This document shows, piece by piece, positions 10,302 to 19,488 of a stretch of 64,000 nt of DNA. Source of the stretch: Sphaerochaetaceae bacterium (GTDB lineage Bacteria > Spirochaetota > Spirochaetia > Sphaerochaetales > Sphaerochaetaceae); contig JBBAFS010000002.1 in assembly GCA_041655255.1 (NCBI GenBank), positions 718 through 64,717 of the forward strand. Reading direction: 5' to 3'. Positions within the stretch are counted from its first letter, which is position 1, and each line of letters begins with the position of its first letter. Under the pieces are notes generated by a model. That model was not told the origin of the DNA and did not search any database. It saw nothing but the letters and a program-made list of their open reading frames with translations. Made by a program: the position numbers and the translations under genes.

Positions 10302-11657
10302 ATGAGAATTTTAATAGTTGATGATGAACAAAACATTCGTGAGTTAATGGCTAAGTATCTTCAGCTGGAAGATCTACAAAGTGATGCCGCTGAAAATGGA
10401 TTATCAGCACAGCGCCTTTTAAGAGAACACTCGTACGACGCATGTCTCATCGACTTAAAAATGCCAGGAATGGATGGCATCTCTTTAATTAAATGGATTC
10501 GATCAGAAGGCTTTATGATGCCTCTTATTATGATGAGTGCCCATGGAGAGATTCGGGATGCTGTCACAGCTCTTAAAGAGGGGGCTCAAGATTATGTTGT
10601 CAAACCATTTGATCCTGAGGAACTGACAATACGATTACGTACCCTCTTAGATGCCCATAAACTATGGGCTCGCTCCGAAAGTGCAAAATCTCAAGATGAA
10701 GATGAACTTGTAGGTGAAACTCCAAGTATGAAAAAGATCAAAGAGGTGATCTCTCGTATTGCCCACACCCAGGCAACAGTGTTAATCACTGGTGAAAGTG
10801 GAACAGGTAAAGAAGTCGTTGCTCGTCAGATCCACGCTCAATCACAAATGAGTGAGGGTCCTTTTGTTGCGATTAATATTGGAGGAGTCCCTGAAACTCT
10901 TTTAGAGAGTGAACTGTTTGGATATGAGAAAGGGGCTTTCACTGGAGCCGTTGGTCGTAAAATTGGGATGTTCGAACTCTCTAGTGGGGGGACACTTTTT
11001 TTAGATGAGATTGGAGATATGCCCATTGCACTACAGGTGAAACTTCTTCGAGTGCTACAAGAGCGGAAGATTATGAGATTAGGCGGTACCGATCCAATTC
11101 CCATCAATGCCCGTATTGTCGCTGCTACCAATAAAGATATTGAACAACGAGTTCGAGAAGGATTATTTCGAGAAGACCTTTTTTATCGTTTAAATGTGGT
11201 TCGTATTGAACTACCTCCCCTGCGTGAACGGAGAGAGGATATCCCCTCCTTAGCTGGAGTAATTTTAGGAAAACTCCATCGCCAGATGGGTCATAAAATT
11301 GAACGTATTTCCCCTGAGGCCTTAGAAGCGCTACAAAATCACTCATTTTATGGAAATGTTCGTGAGTTGGAAAATATGTTAGAGAGGGCTGTGATCTTTG
11401 CCCAAGGGACAACGTTAACTCTCTCTGATGTAGATCTCAGAGAGAGTGTCTCCTCATTTCACCAACAACAAAGTCATTCTCACACTCCTTTAGTAGGGGA
11501 TGACCAAGAGGCGAAGAGTCTTAAAGAGTTAGAAGTAGAAGCAATTATTAGAAGCTTGCACAGGTGGGAAGGAAATCGCACCCATGCAGCACAAGAGTTG
11601 GGTATCTCACGTAGAACGTTGATTAATAAAATTGCCGATTATGAACTCGATCTTTAA
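10302..11657 (+). CDS. Sigma-54-dependent response regulator (NtrC/AtoC family enhancer-binding protein)
   Basis: Receiver domain (DLKMPGMDG), AAA+ Walker A GESGTGKE, GAFTGA loop, C-terminal Fis-type HTH. Confidence 0.93.
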   Translation: MRILIVDDEQNIRELMAKYLQLEDLQSDAAENGLSAQRLLREHSYDACLIDLKMPGMDGISLIKWIRSEGFMMPLIMMSAHGEIRDAVTALKEGAQDYVVKPFDPEELTIRLRTLLDAHKLWARSESAKSQDEDELVGETPSMKKIKEVISRIAHTQATVLITGESGTGKEVVARQIHAQSQMSEGPFVAINIGGVPETLLESELFGYEKGAFTGAVGRKIGMFELSSGGTLFLDEIGDMPIALQVKLLRVLQERKIMRLGGTDPIPINARIVAATNKDIEQRVREGLFREDLFYRLNVVRIELPPLRERREDIPSLAGVILGKLHRQMGHKIERISPEALEALQNHSFYGNVRELENMLERAVIFAQGTTLTLSDVDLRESVSSFHQQQSHSHTPLVGDDQEAKSLKELEVEAIIRSLHRWEGNRTHAAQELGISRRTLINKIADYELDL

Positions 11658-12031
11658 AATGAACAGATAACTGAAATCTCAACTAACGCATCTTTGGGTA
11701 AACGAGCAACTTCGACGCACTCACGAGCTGGAGGGTCTTGGGTAAAATAGGTCCCGTACACACTGTTAAAGAGGGAAAAGTTGTTCATATCCTCTAAAAA
11801 ACAGGTCGATTTCACCACTGAATCGAGTGTTAAACCCGCTTCATCTAACACCGCTTTAATATTCTTCATCACCTGGTGTGTCTGTCCTTCAATATCTGAT
11901 GAGGCAAACTCTCCAGTGACTGGGTCAATGGGTAGTTGTCCTGAGACAAATAGTAAGCCATTGGCTATAACGGCTTGTGAATAGGGCCCCACAGCTTTTG
12001 GAGCCTCTACTGAGTGAATAATTTTTTTCAT
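11654..12031 (-). CDS. ridA: RidA/YjgF-family reactive-intermediate deaminase
   Basis: GPYSQAV...LFVSGQLPIDP...PARECVEVARLPKDALVEI. I prefer the start at ATG 12031, preceded by GGAGGAGAG. The ORF track extends the frame to 12058. Confidence 0.9.
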   Translation of the reverse strand: MKKIIHSVEAPKAVGPYSQAVIANGLLFVSGQLPIDPVTGEFASSDIEGQTHQVMKNIKAVLDEAGLTLDSVVKSTCFLEDMNNFSLFNSVYGTYFTQDPPARECVEVARLPKDALVEISVICSF

Positions 12032-12136
12032 CTCTCCTCCTATACAATACAATAACAAGAGAATACTAAAGAAGAGGACCTTTACTCAATTGGCTTAGGC
12101 AAAAGGTGTGTGATACACTGAAATTTAAACCATCAA

Positions 12137-13924
12137 TTGGAGATGAATATGAGTGCATTACCACATTGGGACCTCAGTTCCATTTACCCCTCACTTGAAA
12201 GTGAGTTATTTATTGCAGATATGAAAAACTTAGAGACCTTAGCCACACAGCTAGAGAAGCAACTTTCACAAGTGGAGCTTTTAGACGCCTCTTCATTACA
12301 AGAGATTTTAGAGACATACCAAAAGCTTTTTGATACTGCTTCAACACTGTATGCTTACACTCAAGCGATTGTGACAGTAAACACAAACGATGAGTTCGCT
12401 CTACGAAAACTTGGAGATGTCGAAAAAGCACTCTTAGATGTGCGAGCGAAACATGTAAAACTTCTCTCTTTTTTAGCTCATCATCAAAAAGAGATTCAGC
12501 CCCTCATCAAAAAAGGGGGAGATGTACACGATTATCGCTATGCTCTTGAAGAATTACTCCAAGAACAAAGTCACACCCTCAGTGAAAAAGAAGAGTCTCT
12601 TGCTGCTGATTTAAATAGAAGTGGCACCGAAGCATGGTCTCGCTTACAAGAGGCTATTAGTTCAAATGCCTCTACCATATGGGATGAGAAAAAAGGGATT
12701 GAAAAAACAGTGATTCAACTGAGATCTCTCGCTTTTGATCCTGATCGCTCAATTCGCAAAAAAGCGTTTGAGAAAGAGCTCTCAATATGGAAGCAACACG
12801 AAATAGCGTTCGCCTCAGCTCTTAATGGGGTAAAAGGGACAACTATTACATTAGATGGCAAAAGAGGCTACGCATCGCCTTTAGAGCGCTCTATGATAGA
12901 TTCACGAATTGATCAAACCATTTTAGATGCTCTTATTGGAACGATTGAACAAAATCTTGAAGTGTTTAGAAGATACCTTCGGGCAAAAGCGAACTATTTA
13001 GGTGTTCCTTCTCTCGCTTTTTACGATCTCTTTGCTCCAGTGGGGAAACATACAACAACATATAGTTATGCCCAAGCTCAAACTTTTATCGTTAAAGAAT
13101 TCACCCGCTTTCATCCACCGATGGGATCTTTTGCTCAAGAGGCGTTTGATCGCAATTGGATTGATAGTGAGCCTCGTAGTGGTAAAGTAGGGGGAGCGTA
13201 TTGTACCTCATTTCCTTTACGGCAAGAGAGTCGTATCTTAGCGAATTACGATTACACATTTGATGGGTTATCGACAATAGCTCATGAACTAGGGCATGCA
13301 TATCATGATCATGTGACAAACTCATTACCCTACTTATTACGCCAATACCCAATGACTCTTGCTGAGACCGCTTCAATTTTTAGCCAAGTAGTTATCTTTC
13401 AAGGTGCCTTACAAGATGCCGATGTCGATGCCTCTTTATCACTCATTGAGAGTTTCTTACAAGACTCGACTCAAGTGTGTGTCGATATCCTCTCACGTTA
13501 CTACTTTGAAAAAAATCTTTTTGAAAAGCGTGAGAAAGGGGAACTCCTTGCAAAAGAGTTATCTCAATTAATGATTGATGCTCAAAAAGCCTCATATGGT
13601 GAAGCTTTAGATGAGAGTGCCTTACACCCATACATGTGGGCAGTAAAAGGACACTACTACCGTAGTGATCTCTCCTTTTACAACTATCCGTATGCCTTTG
13701 GCCAACTCTTTGGTCTTGGGGTGTACCATCTAGCACAACAAGAGGGAGATAGCTTTGGCTCTCGATATGATGAACTACTTCGTCACACAGGACGCTCTAG
13801 TGCCCAAGATGTTGCTTCAACTGTTGGTATAGATATTACTAAGGCCTCTTTTTGGCAACAAGGAATTGATCTCATTAGTTCATATGTCGATCAATTTTGT
13901 AACCTCGTTGGCTACTCTGAGTAA
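12137..13924 (+). CDS. pepF: Oligoendopeptidase F, M3B family
   Basis: 595 aa, zinc motif HELGHAYH, typical PepF length. Confidence 0.88.
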   Translation: MEMNMSALPHWDLSSIYPSLESELFIADMKNLETLATQLEKQLSQVELLDASSLQEILETYQKLFDTASTLYAYTQAIVTVNTNDEFALRKLGDVEKALLDVRAKHVKLLSFLAHHQKEIQPLIKKGGDVHDYRYALEELLQEQSHTLSEKEESLAADLNRSGTEAWSRLQEAISSNASTIWDEKKGIEKTVIQLRSLAFDPDRSIRKKAFEKELSIWKQHEIAFASALNGVKGTTITLDGKRGYASPLERSMIDSRIDQTILDALIGTIEQNLEVFRRYLRAKANYLGVPSLAFYDLFAPVGKHTTTYSYAQAQTFIVKEFTRFHPPMGSFAQEAFDRNWIDSEPRSGKVGGAYCTSFPLRQESRILANYDYTFDGLSTIAHELGHAYHDHVTNSLPYLLRQYPMTLAETASIFSQVVIFQGALQDADVDASLSLIESFLQDSTQVCVDILSRYYFEKNLFEKREKGELLAKELSQLMIDAQKASYGEALDESALHPYMWAVKGHYYRSDLSFYNYPYAFGQLFGLGVYHLAQQEGDSFGSRYDELLRHTGRSSAQDVASTVGIDITKASFWQQGIDLISSYVDQFCNLVGYSE

Positions 13925-13930
13925 AAGTGC

Positions 13931-15049
13931 ATGATTGTAGAGTTAGTTGTTGAAAAAGTAGTCTCCCACGGTGAGGGCTTAGCTCGTTATAATAACGAAG
14001 TGGTCTTTATCAGTGATGTGCTTCCCGGCGAGCACATCACTGTAGAACTACGTGAGGAGAAAAAAGGGTTATACCGAGGGACTCTTCTCTCTATTGATAA
14101 GCCTTCATCACACAGAGTAACACCTCCATGCCCTTACTATGGGGTGTGTGGTGGGTGTGACTTTCAATATGTAGAGAGTTCTTACCAAGTAGAGCTCAAA
14201 GAGGAGATTGTTAAAGAGAACCTCAAACGGATTGGAAAAGTCGATTACAGATACACCTTTCTCCCCTCAGAAGTTGATCATCCATGGGCTTATCGTCATA
14301 GAGTTAAATTTCATAGAGATGAACAAAGCGGAGCTATAGGATTTTTAGGGAGAAAAAGTCACACGGTAATCGATATCGCATCTTGTCCAATATTAGTAGA
14401 GAACCTCAATAGGTTGTTATCTGAAAAACGGGAGATCTTACAACAGCAAAGTAGTTCAACCATTGAGGTGTTATCAAATCAAAGAGAACTCTCTTTTGAT
14501 GATACAACAATCCCATTTTACCTGAATGGAAAGACAATCTACGGTAGTGGAAATCTCTTTTTCCAATCTCACGCTTCACTTATTGAGCCGATGATTGACT
14601 TTGTTCAAAGACACACAGAAGGTGATCACATTGTTGATTTATACAGTGGAGTAGGAATGTTTGCCGCCTTTGTTGAATCAGCAGATAACAATGTCGTAGC
14701 TGTGGAGCGAGACAAAAAGGCTCTTAATGTTGCGAAAAAGAACCTCTCATACACCACCTTTTTTACTCAAAAAAGTGAATCATGGGCTCGTTCACACTCA
14801 CTAGCACAGTGCGATACCCTTATTGTTGACCCTCCACGGGTGGGAATAGATAACAAAGTGATTCAAGCTATTGGGAAGTTACAACCTAAAAAGATTATCT
14901 ACGTCTCATGTAACAGTGCCACTCTCGCTCGTGATATTCATCGCCTCAGAACGTACGGTTATGTTACAGAGATAGTACAACTGTTTGATCTGTATCCTCA
15001 GACAACACATGTGGAGACGATAGTATTGATGTCGAGGGTTAAGACCTGA
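13931..15049 (+). CDS. rlmD: 23S rRNA (uracil-C5)-methyltransferase RlmD/RumA family
   Basis: N-terminal TRAM-like domain, Fe-S cysteines CPYYGVCGGCDFQ plus a later Cys, SAM motif DLYSGVGMF, catalytic YVSCNSATLARD. Confidence 0.88.
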   Translation: MIVELVVEKVVSHGEGLARYNNEVVFISDVLPGEHITVELREEKKGLYRGTLLSIDKPSSHRVTPPCPYYGVCGGCDFQYVESSYQVELKEEIVKENLKRIGKVDYRYTFLPSEVDHPWAYRHRVKFHRDEQSGAIGFLGRKSHTVIDIASCPILVENLNRLLSEKREILQQQSSSTIEVLSNQRELSFDDTTIPFYLNGKTIYGSGNLFFQSHASLIEPMIDFVQRHTEGDHIVDLYSGVGMFAAFVESADNNVVAVERDKKALNVAKKNLSYTTFFTQKSESWARSHSLAQCDTLIVDPPRVGIDNKVIQAIGKLQPKKIIYVSCNSATLARDIHRLRTYGYVTEIVQLFDLYPQTTHVETIVLMSRVKT

Positions 15050-16641
15050 TAGGCGTTAAAATCTTAAACATAAAACTGCGTGTCATTTATCAGGATGAGT
15101 GCTGCCTGGATTAGCTACGAGAGGTTTTGTCATTGTATGAGCCTGCCTGCTTAGAGACTGGTACGGTGGCTTCGGTAATAGCAACCTCTCTTTATGAGAT
15201 TGGCCTTCGTCATAGGTTGCACACTCCATCGTTAGTATTTCTTGACAGAGGATGTGGAAGCTGCTAGCGCAGTTCCAATGAAAAGAAGATAGAGTAAACC
15301 AATAAATCCATAGTATAGTCTAGGTACATGGGCCACCAAGTGTCCGAGTGTTTTTACACTCCTGAACGAGACTTATTGGATATGTACTGGACAGCTATCT
15401 GTTACAAGGTCTCTCACTGATACATACAGACGAGAACTATCACATCTTTGAGACGGATGGAGTTATCGAGTAATGAAAAATGAGTATAAGGGAGGTGATA
15501 CCCAGTGAATAGCGATCCCTTTAAGGAATATGTTAAAGAGTCTGAACCGGACAAGCGGGACAAAGGTTATGCATGGCATACGGCCATTGTTCTGCAGGCG
15601 GTTGACGGACTTAAGACGTCAGAATACTTGGTACACACTGCAATTCGCAACATCGAAGGTGAAATTTCCTTTGAGCAAGCTAATACCCTTTTGCAGAGCT
15701 ATTATGAGGAGAACCCTGCCCGCGAAGCAGATGATCGTACTGAGGAGGCGGATAAAGTTTCGGCCAGAATTGCTGCACTTCTTTCAGAGAAAGCCTTCAG
15801 CTTTACTCCCAATGAGTACTTTTCCATTCACAGAAAGCTATTCACCGGCATCTATTCCCATGCGGGCGCGCCAGGGATTATAACATTACCAAAAAAGAGT
15901 GGGTGCTCAACGGAGCTACAGTGCTTTACGGAACTGCCACGGAGCTAAAAGCGACACTGAATTACGATTTCTCCGAGGAGAAAAAGTTCTCCTACAAGAA
16001 TCTTTCAATGGATGATATTATTCATCACCTTGCAGTCTTTATATCCAGGTTGTGGCAAATCCACGTCTTCGGTGAAGGCAATACCAGAGCGACTGCAGTG
16101 TTCTTTATCACATATCTTTGCACCCTTGGCTTTGATGTAACAAACGACATCTTTGCTGAGAATGCGTGGTATTTCCGCAATTCCCTTGTCAGGGCAAACT
16201 ATAACGACTTACAAAACGGGATCCACAAGACAACGAAGTTTCTTAAGCTGTTCTTAAGAAATTTACTGCTAAACGAAAAACATCAACTCCATAACCAGAC
16301 ATTACATATCAGCGAAACCTATATGGCACCGAGAAAAGTGAACATTGAGAGAGGAAAAGCGAACATTCAGGCCTCCTTTACAGCTAAGACGGCTTCTCAT
16401 GTGTGCACATTGCTAGAGGAATACGGCTTTCAGACGATCTTTGGAAGATCGAATGTTCAGGAAATCCTCGATCTGAAACCGACCAGAAGTAGTGCGCTAG
16501 TGAAAGAGATGGCAGAGAAAGGATTTGTCGAACCGGTAACTGGACACGGAAAAGGAAAGTACAGATTCATATTGCATAAGATTTGAGACGATGAAAGTCT
16601 CGCCTCTTGAAAAAGTCCCATGTTATGCGGGCTTCTAAACA
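15050..16641. mobile_element. Decayed integrated element inserted at the 3' end of rumA (no recombinase left)
   Basis: Visibly higher G+C than the flanks. It carries only a frameshifted Fic gene and a 455-nt ORF-free stretch. A diverged second copy of the rumA 3' end lies at its right edge. The left boundary may lie inside the last codons of rumA. Confidence 0.4.
15505..16586 (+). pseudogene. Fic/DOC-family protein, frameshifted
   Basis: GTG start with AGGGAGG SD. The N-terminal VbhA-like segment (LQAVDGLKTSEYL, NIEGEIS) is in one frame. DYNITKKEWVLNG..., the Fic motif HVFGEGNTRATAVF and a C-terminal wHTH continue in another frame. The frame switch is near 15865-15880. Confidence 0.75.
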
Positions 16642-16734
16642 TATGAATTTATTTCAGCGAACGTCGATGGTAGAAGAGATCACATGGACGTGTCGGGCCA
16701 CCTAGAGTGTGAGGTGGTAGTTCTGGCTCTTTAG
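16642..16734 (+). pseudogene. Displaced remnant of the original rumA 3' end
   Basis: Translation (T)YEFISANVDGRRDHMDVSGHLECEVVVLAL* aligns with the intact gene end TYGYVTEIVQLFDLYPQTTHVETIVLM (TY-x-[YF]-[VI]-[TS], D-x3-x-[ST]-x-H-[VL]-E). Its stop overlaps the convergent stop of the neighbouring minus-strand gene. Confidence 0.35.
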
Positions 16735-16946
16735 TGGGTAAAGAACCAGTATAAGAACCAAACAATCCCAATAAGTAGAAGAATGACAGGGGTAAAGACA
16801 ATAAATGCGCTGATAATCATCGCTAATATGTCTCCCTTCTCTAACTCCTCTTTTTTGATTGAGTCTTTCTCTTTTTTCTCAATCTCATCGACATCGAGAA
16901 CACGTTTAATTTTCCGTGGAAAGAGCATCGCTCCTCTCCTTATCAT
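16731..16946 (-). CDS. Small tail-anchored membrane protein, unknown function
   Basis: 71 aa (65 aa from the internal Met). Charged Lys/Glu-rich N-terminus and one C-terminal TM helix (ILAMIISAFIVFTPVILLLIGIVWFLYWFF). Overlaps the 3' end of oppF. Confidence 0.45.
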   Translation of the reverse strand: MIRRGAMLFPRKIKRVLDVDEIEKKEKDSIKKEELEKGDILAMIISAFIVFTPVILLLIGIVWFLYWFFTH

Positions 16947-18495
16947 CCCCTAGTAGTGGGTGGTGACACGCCACAAAGTGGTCTTTTTCAAGTTCTCTCC
17001 ATTGTGGTTCAACAACAGTACATATCTCTGTTTTATAACGACAACGGGTGTGGAACTTACACCCCTTAGGTGGATCAATTGGAGATGGTATATCTCCTTC
17101 TAATAATACTTCTTCACTTTTTTGGCTTCGATCGGTGGTCGGAATTGCAGCTAATAACGCTTCAGTGTATGGGTGCATTGTTCGAGTGAAGATCTTCTCA
17201 GTGGGAGCAAGTTCTACAATGTTTCCTAAATACATCACTCCAATACGATCACTGATGTATTTCACCACAGCTAAATCGTGACTAATAAAGAGGTATGTGA
17301 GATTAAGCTTCTCTTTTAAATCTTTTAATAAGTTAATAATTTGAGCCTGAATGGAGACATCCAGTGCACTGACAGCCTCATCACACACGATGAACTGAGG
17401 TCGTAGTGCTAAAGAGCGGGCAATCCCAATACGTTGACGCTGACCACCTGAGAATTGGTGAGGATAGCGGTGAATCATATATGGAGCTAGGCCACACTCT
17501 TTCATCACCTGCATTACATACTCTTGCATCTCTGGCCCATCTTGTTTAAAGAACCTGTGGGCTAAGAGCCCTTCTCCAATGATTTGTCCAACAGTCATTC
17601 GTGGATTCAGTGAAGAGTAGGGGTCTTGGAAGATCAATTGGATATCTCGTCGGAGGAGCCGCATCTCATTAAAGGTGAGACGACTGAGGTCTATACCACT
17701 ATCTCTCAACTTTTCATGTTTTTGAAACTCTTCATCATCGATATATTCAACTCTTTTAGCTTCAAGTTTCTCATGTGCCTGTATAAGTTTTTCTGTTACC
17801 TTCTCTAAGGCTTCCTCTTTTTGTTGTTTCATAAAAAGCAGTGAAGTAAGACGCTTTTGCTTTGCATCACTACGACGTTCTTTTTTTTGAGTTCGTGCAA
17901 GAGAACGCTCTAATTCAGCAATATGTAATTCAAGATCTTTTATCTCTTCATCGACAGAGTGTCGCTCTCTACTTAAACTGTACCAGTTGATAAGTAGTGG
18001 TATTACCGATGAAAGATCTTCAACGGTGATAAATCCTCCCACTAATTGAACGATATCTAAGTAGGCATTACGATACTCTTTCTCTTTTTCAAGTGATGTG
18101 TTTTGAGCAATAAAGATTGTTTCAGAGAGTTGTGCAGGGTCATCTTTCAGTCGCTCAAACTCTTTTACTGCTTCGTGGTACTCTTTTTCTAAAGAGTGAA
18201 GATGCTCTTTGTGTTTCACTAAACGTTGATACGTCTCTCGTACATACGCAGGGGCAAGGTCTTCTAACTTGCGTCCATAGTACATCGTCTTACCGTCAGT
18301 TTGACGATACAGTTGTAATAACACTCTTCCAAAAGTCGATTTTCCACATCCACTTTCACCAACTAACCCAAGAGTTTCACCTTGTATAATATCGACATTA
18401 ACACCATCGACAGCTTTGACACTTAACCCTTTGGTTTTTAAAGGAAAGTGTTGTTTGAGGTTTGTTATCTTAAATAGTGCTTGATCGTTACGCAT
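16906..18495 (-). CDS. oppF: Oligopeptide/dipeptide ABC transporter ATP-binding protein (OppF-like) with a large coiled-coil insertion
   Basis: Walker [22 protein letters not shown], signature FSGGQRQR, Walker B IVCDEAVSALD, C-terminal oligopeptide-ABC Cys motif. Likely start is ATG 18495, overlapping the oppD stop (ATGCGTAA). Confidence 0.88.
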   Translation of the reverse strand: MRNDQALFKITNLKQHFPLKTKGLSVKAVDGVNVDIIQGETLGLVGESGCGKSTFGRVLLQLYRQTDGKTMYYGRKLEDLAPAYVRETYQRLVKHKEHLHSLEKEYHEAVKEFERLKDDPAQLSETIFIAQNTSLEKEKEYRNAYLDIVQLVGGFITVEDLSSVIPLLINWYSLSRERHSVDEEIKDLELHIAELERSLARTQKKERRSDAKQKRLTSLLFMKQQKEEALEKVTEKLIQAHEKLEAKRVEYIDDEEFQKHEKLRDSGIDLSRLTFNEMRLLRRDIQLIFQDPYSSLNPRMTVGQIIGEGLLAHRFFKQDGPEMQEYVMQVMKECGLAPYMIHRYPHQFSGGQRQRIGIARSLALRPQFIVCDEAVSALDVSIQAQIINLLKDLKEKLNLTYLFISHDLAVVKYISDRIGVMYLGNIVELAPTEKIFTRTMHPYTEALLAAIPTTDRSQKSEEVLLEGDIPSPIDPPKGCKFHTRCRYKTEICTVVEPQWRELEKDHFVACHHPLLGDDKERSDALSTEN

Positions 18496-19477
18496 TACGG
18501 GCCACCTTATCGGGATAGAAACAGCGAATGGTATGCTTTTCTCCAACTTGTTCTAATTGTGGATGTTCATTGTGACACTTATCAGTTGCATACTTACATC
18601 GAGGAGAGAAAAAACACCCTTTAGGTAAATCGAGCGGGTGGGGGACGCTCCCTGGAATGACTTCTAGTTTGGTTCCCCCTTGTGTATCTAATCGGGGAAT
18701 TGAGAGCATTAACCCTTCGGTGTAGGGATGGCTGTATCTCCCATCTGAGAAAATAACTTCAACAGGAGCCATCTCTACAACTTCGCCACTATACATCACA
18801 GCGACATCATCAGCCATTTGGTTGATCACGCCAAGATCATGGGTGATAAATAAAATAGCGGTCCCTTTCTCTTTTTGTAGATCATTCATTAACTTGAGAA
18901 TCTGAGCTTGAATGGTAACATCCAATGCTGTCGTAGGCTCATCAGCAATGAGTAAATCGGGCTTACATGCTAAAGCCATAGCAATCATCACTCGTTGGCG
19001 CATCCCGCCAGAGAGTTGGTGAGGGTACTGCTTTGCTACTTGTTTTGGATTAGGAATCTTTACATCAGCGAGCATCTTTACCGATTGAAGAGCTGCCTCT
19101 TTTTTAGTCATCTCTTGGTGAACCATAAAGGCTTCACTAATTTGTCGTTCAATAGTAAACACAGGGTTTAAGCTTGTCATCGGTTCTTGGAAGATGACCG
19201 AAATAGCATTACCACGAATATGATATAATTCGCTTTCAGAAAGAGTAGTAAGTTCTTGACCTTTGAATATGACCGATCCTTGAGCAATGTACCCATTGCC
19301 ATCAAGAAGCTGTAAGATCGACATAGCCGATACCGATTTACCACAACCGCTTTCACCTACAACTCCCAACGTGCGTCCCTCTTCAACAGCGTAGGAGACT
19401 CCGTTTACAGCCTTTACAGTACCTCTTTTGGTTGTAAAGTAGGTATGTAGATCTCGTAGTTCTAATAATATTGCCAC
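18488..19477 (-). CDS. oppD: Oligopeptide/dipeptide ABC transporter ATP-binding protein (OppD-like)
   Basis: [29 protein letters not shown]-terminal [16 protein letters not shown] motif. Confidence 0.92.
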   Translation of the reverse strand: MAILLELRDLHTYFTTKRGTVKAVNGVSYAVEEGRTLGVVGESGCGKSVSAMSILQLLDGNGYIAQGSVIFKGQELTTLSESELYHIRGNAISVIFQEPMTSLNPVFTIERQISEAFMVHQEMTKKEAALQSVKMLADVKIPNPKQVAKQYPHQLSGGMRQRVMIAMALACKPDLLIADEPTTALDVTIQAQILKLMNDLQKEKGTAILFITHDLGVINQMADDVAVMYSGEVVEMAPVEVIFSDGRYSHPYTEGLMLSIPRLDTQGGTKLEVIPGSVPHPLDLPKGCFFSPRCKYATDKCHNEHPQLEQVGEKHTIRCFYPDKVARNA

Positions 19478-19488
19478 ACTAAATCTCC

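Noticed and set aside
15232-15339. 35-codon hydrophobic minus-strand ORF (LVAHVPRLYYGFIGLLYLLFIGTALAASTSSVKKY) inside the ORF-free stretch, superficially like a type I toxin peptide
   Set aside because: Only TTG/GTG starts are available, there is no SD, and no convergent antisense-RNA signature is evident. It could easily arise by chance. It is worth a look only if the region proves to be transcribed.
15865-15872. GGCGCGCC (AscI 8-mer) exactly at the Fic frameshift, raising the thought of an engineered junction
   Set aside because: A single GC-rich octamer inside a G+C-richer island is compatible with chance. There are no vector-like sequences, linkers or other rare-cutter sites nearby.
15530-15883. 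117-aa ORF overlapping the Fic N-terminal segment in another frame
   Set aside because: The frame starting at 15505 has the SD and the Fic-family N-terminal motifs. This one is Arg/Leu-rich and has no recognisable features.
17881-17888. A8/T8 homopolymer inside the oppF coiled-coil insert, and a T8A6 tract at about 26725-26740 in the MazG/GNAT divergent promoter, as possible phase-variation switches
   Set aside because: The tracts are short for efficient slippage. The oppF tract simply encodes Lys-Lys in a Lys-rich region. There is no evidence of length variation from a single sequence.
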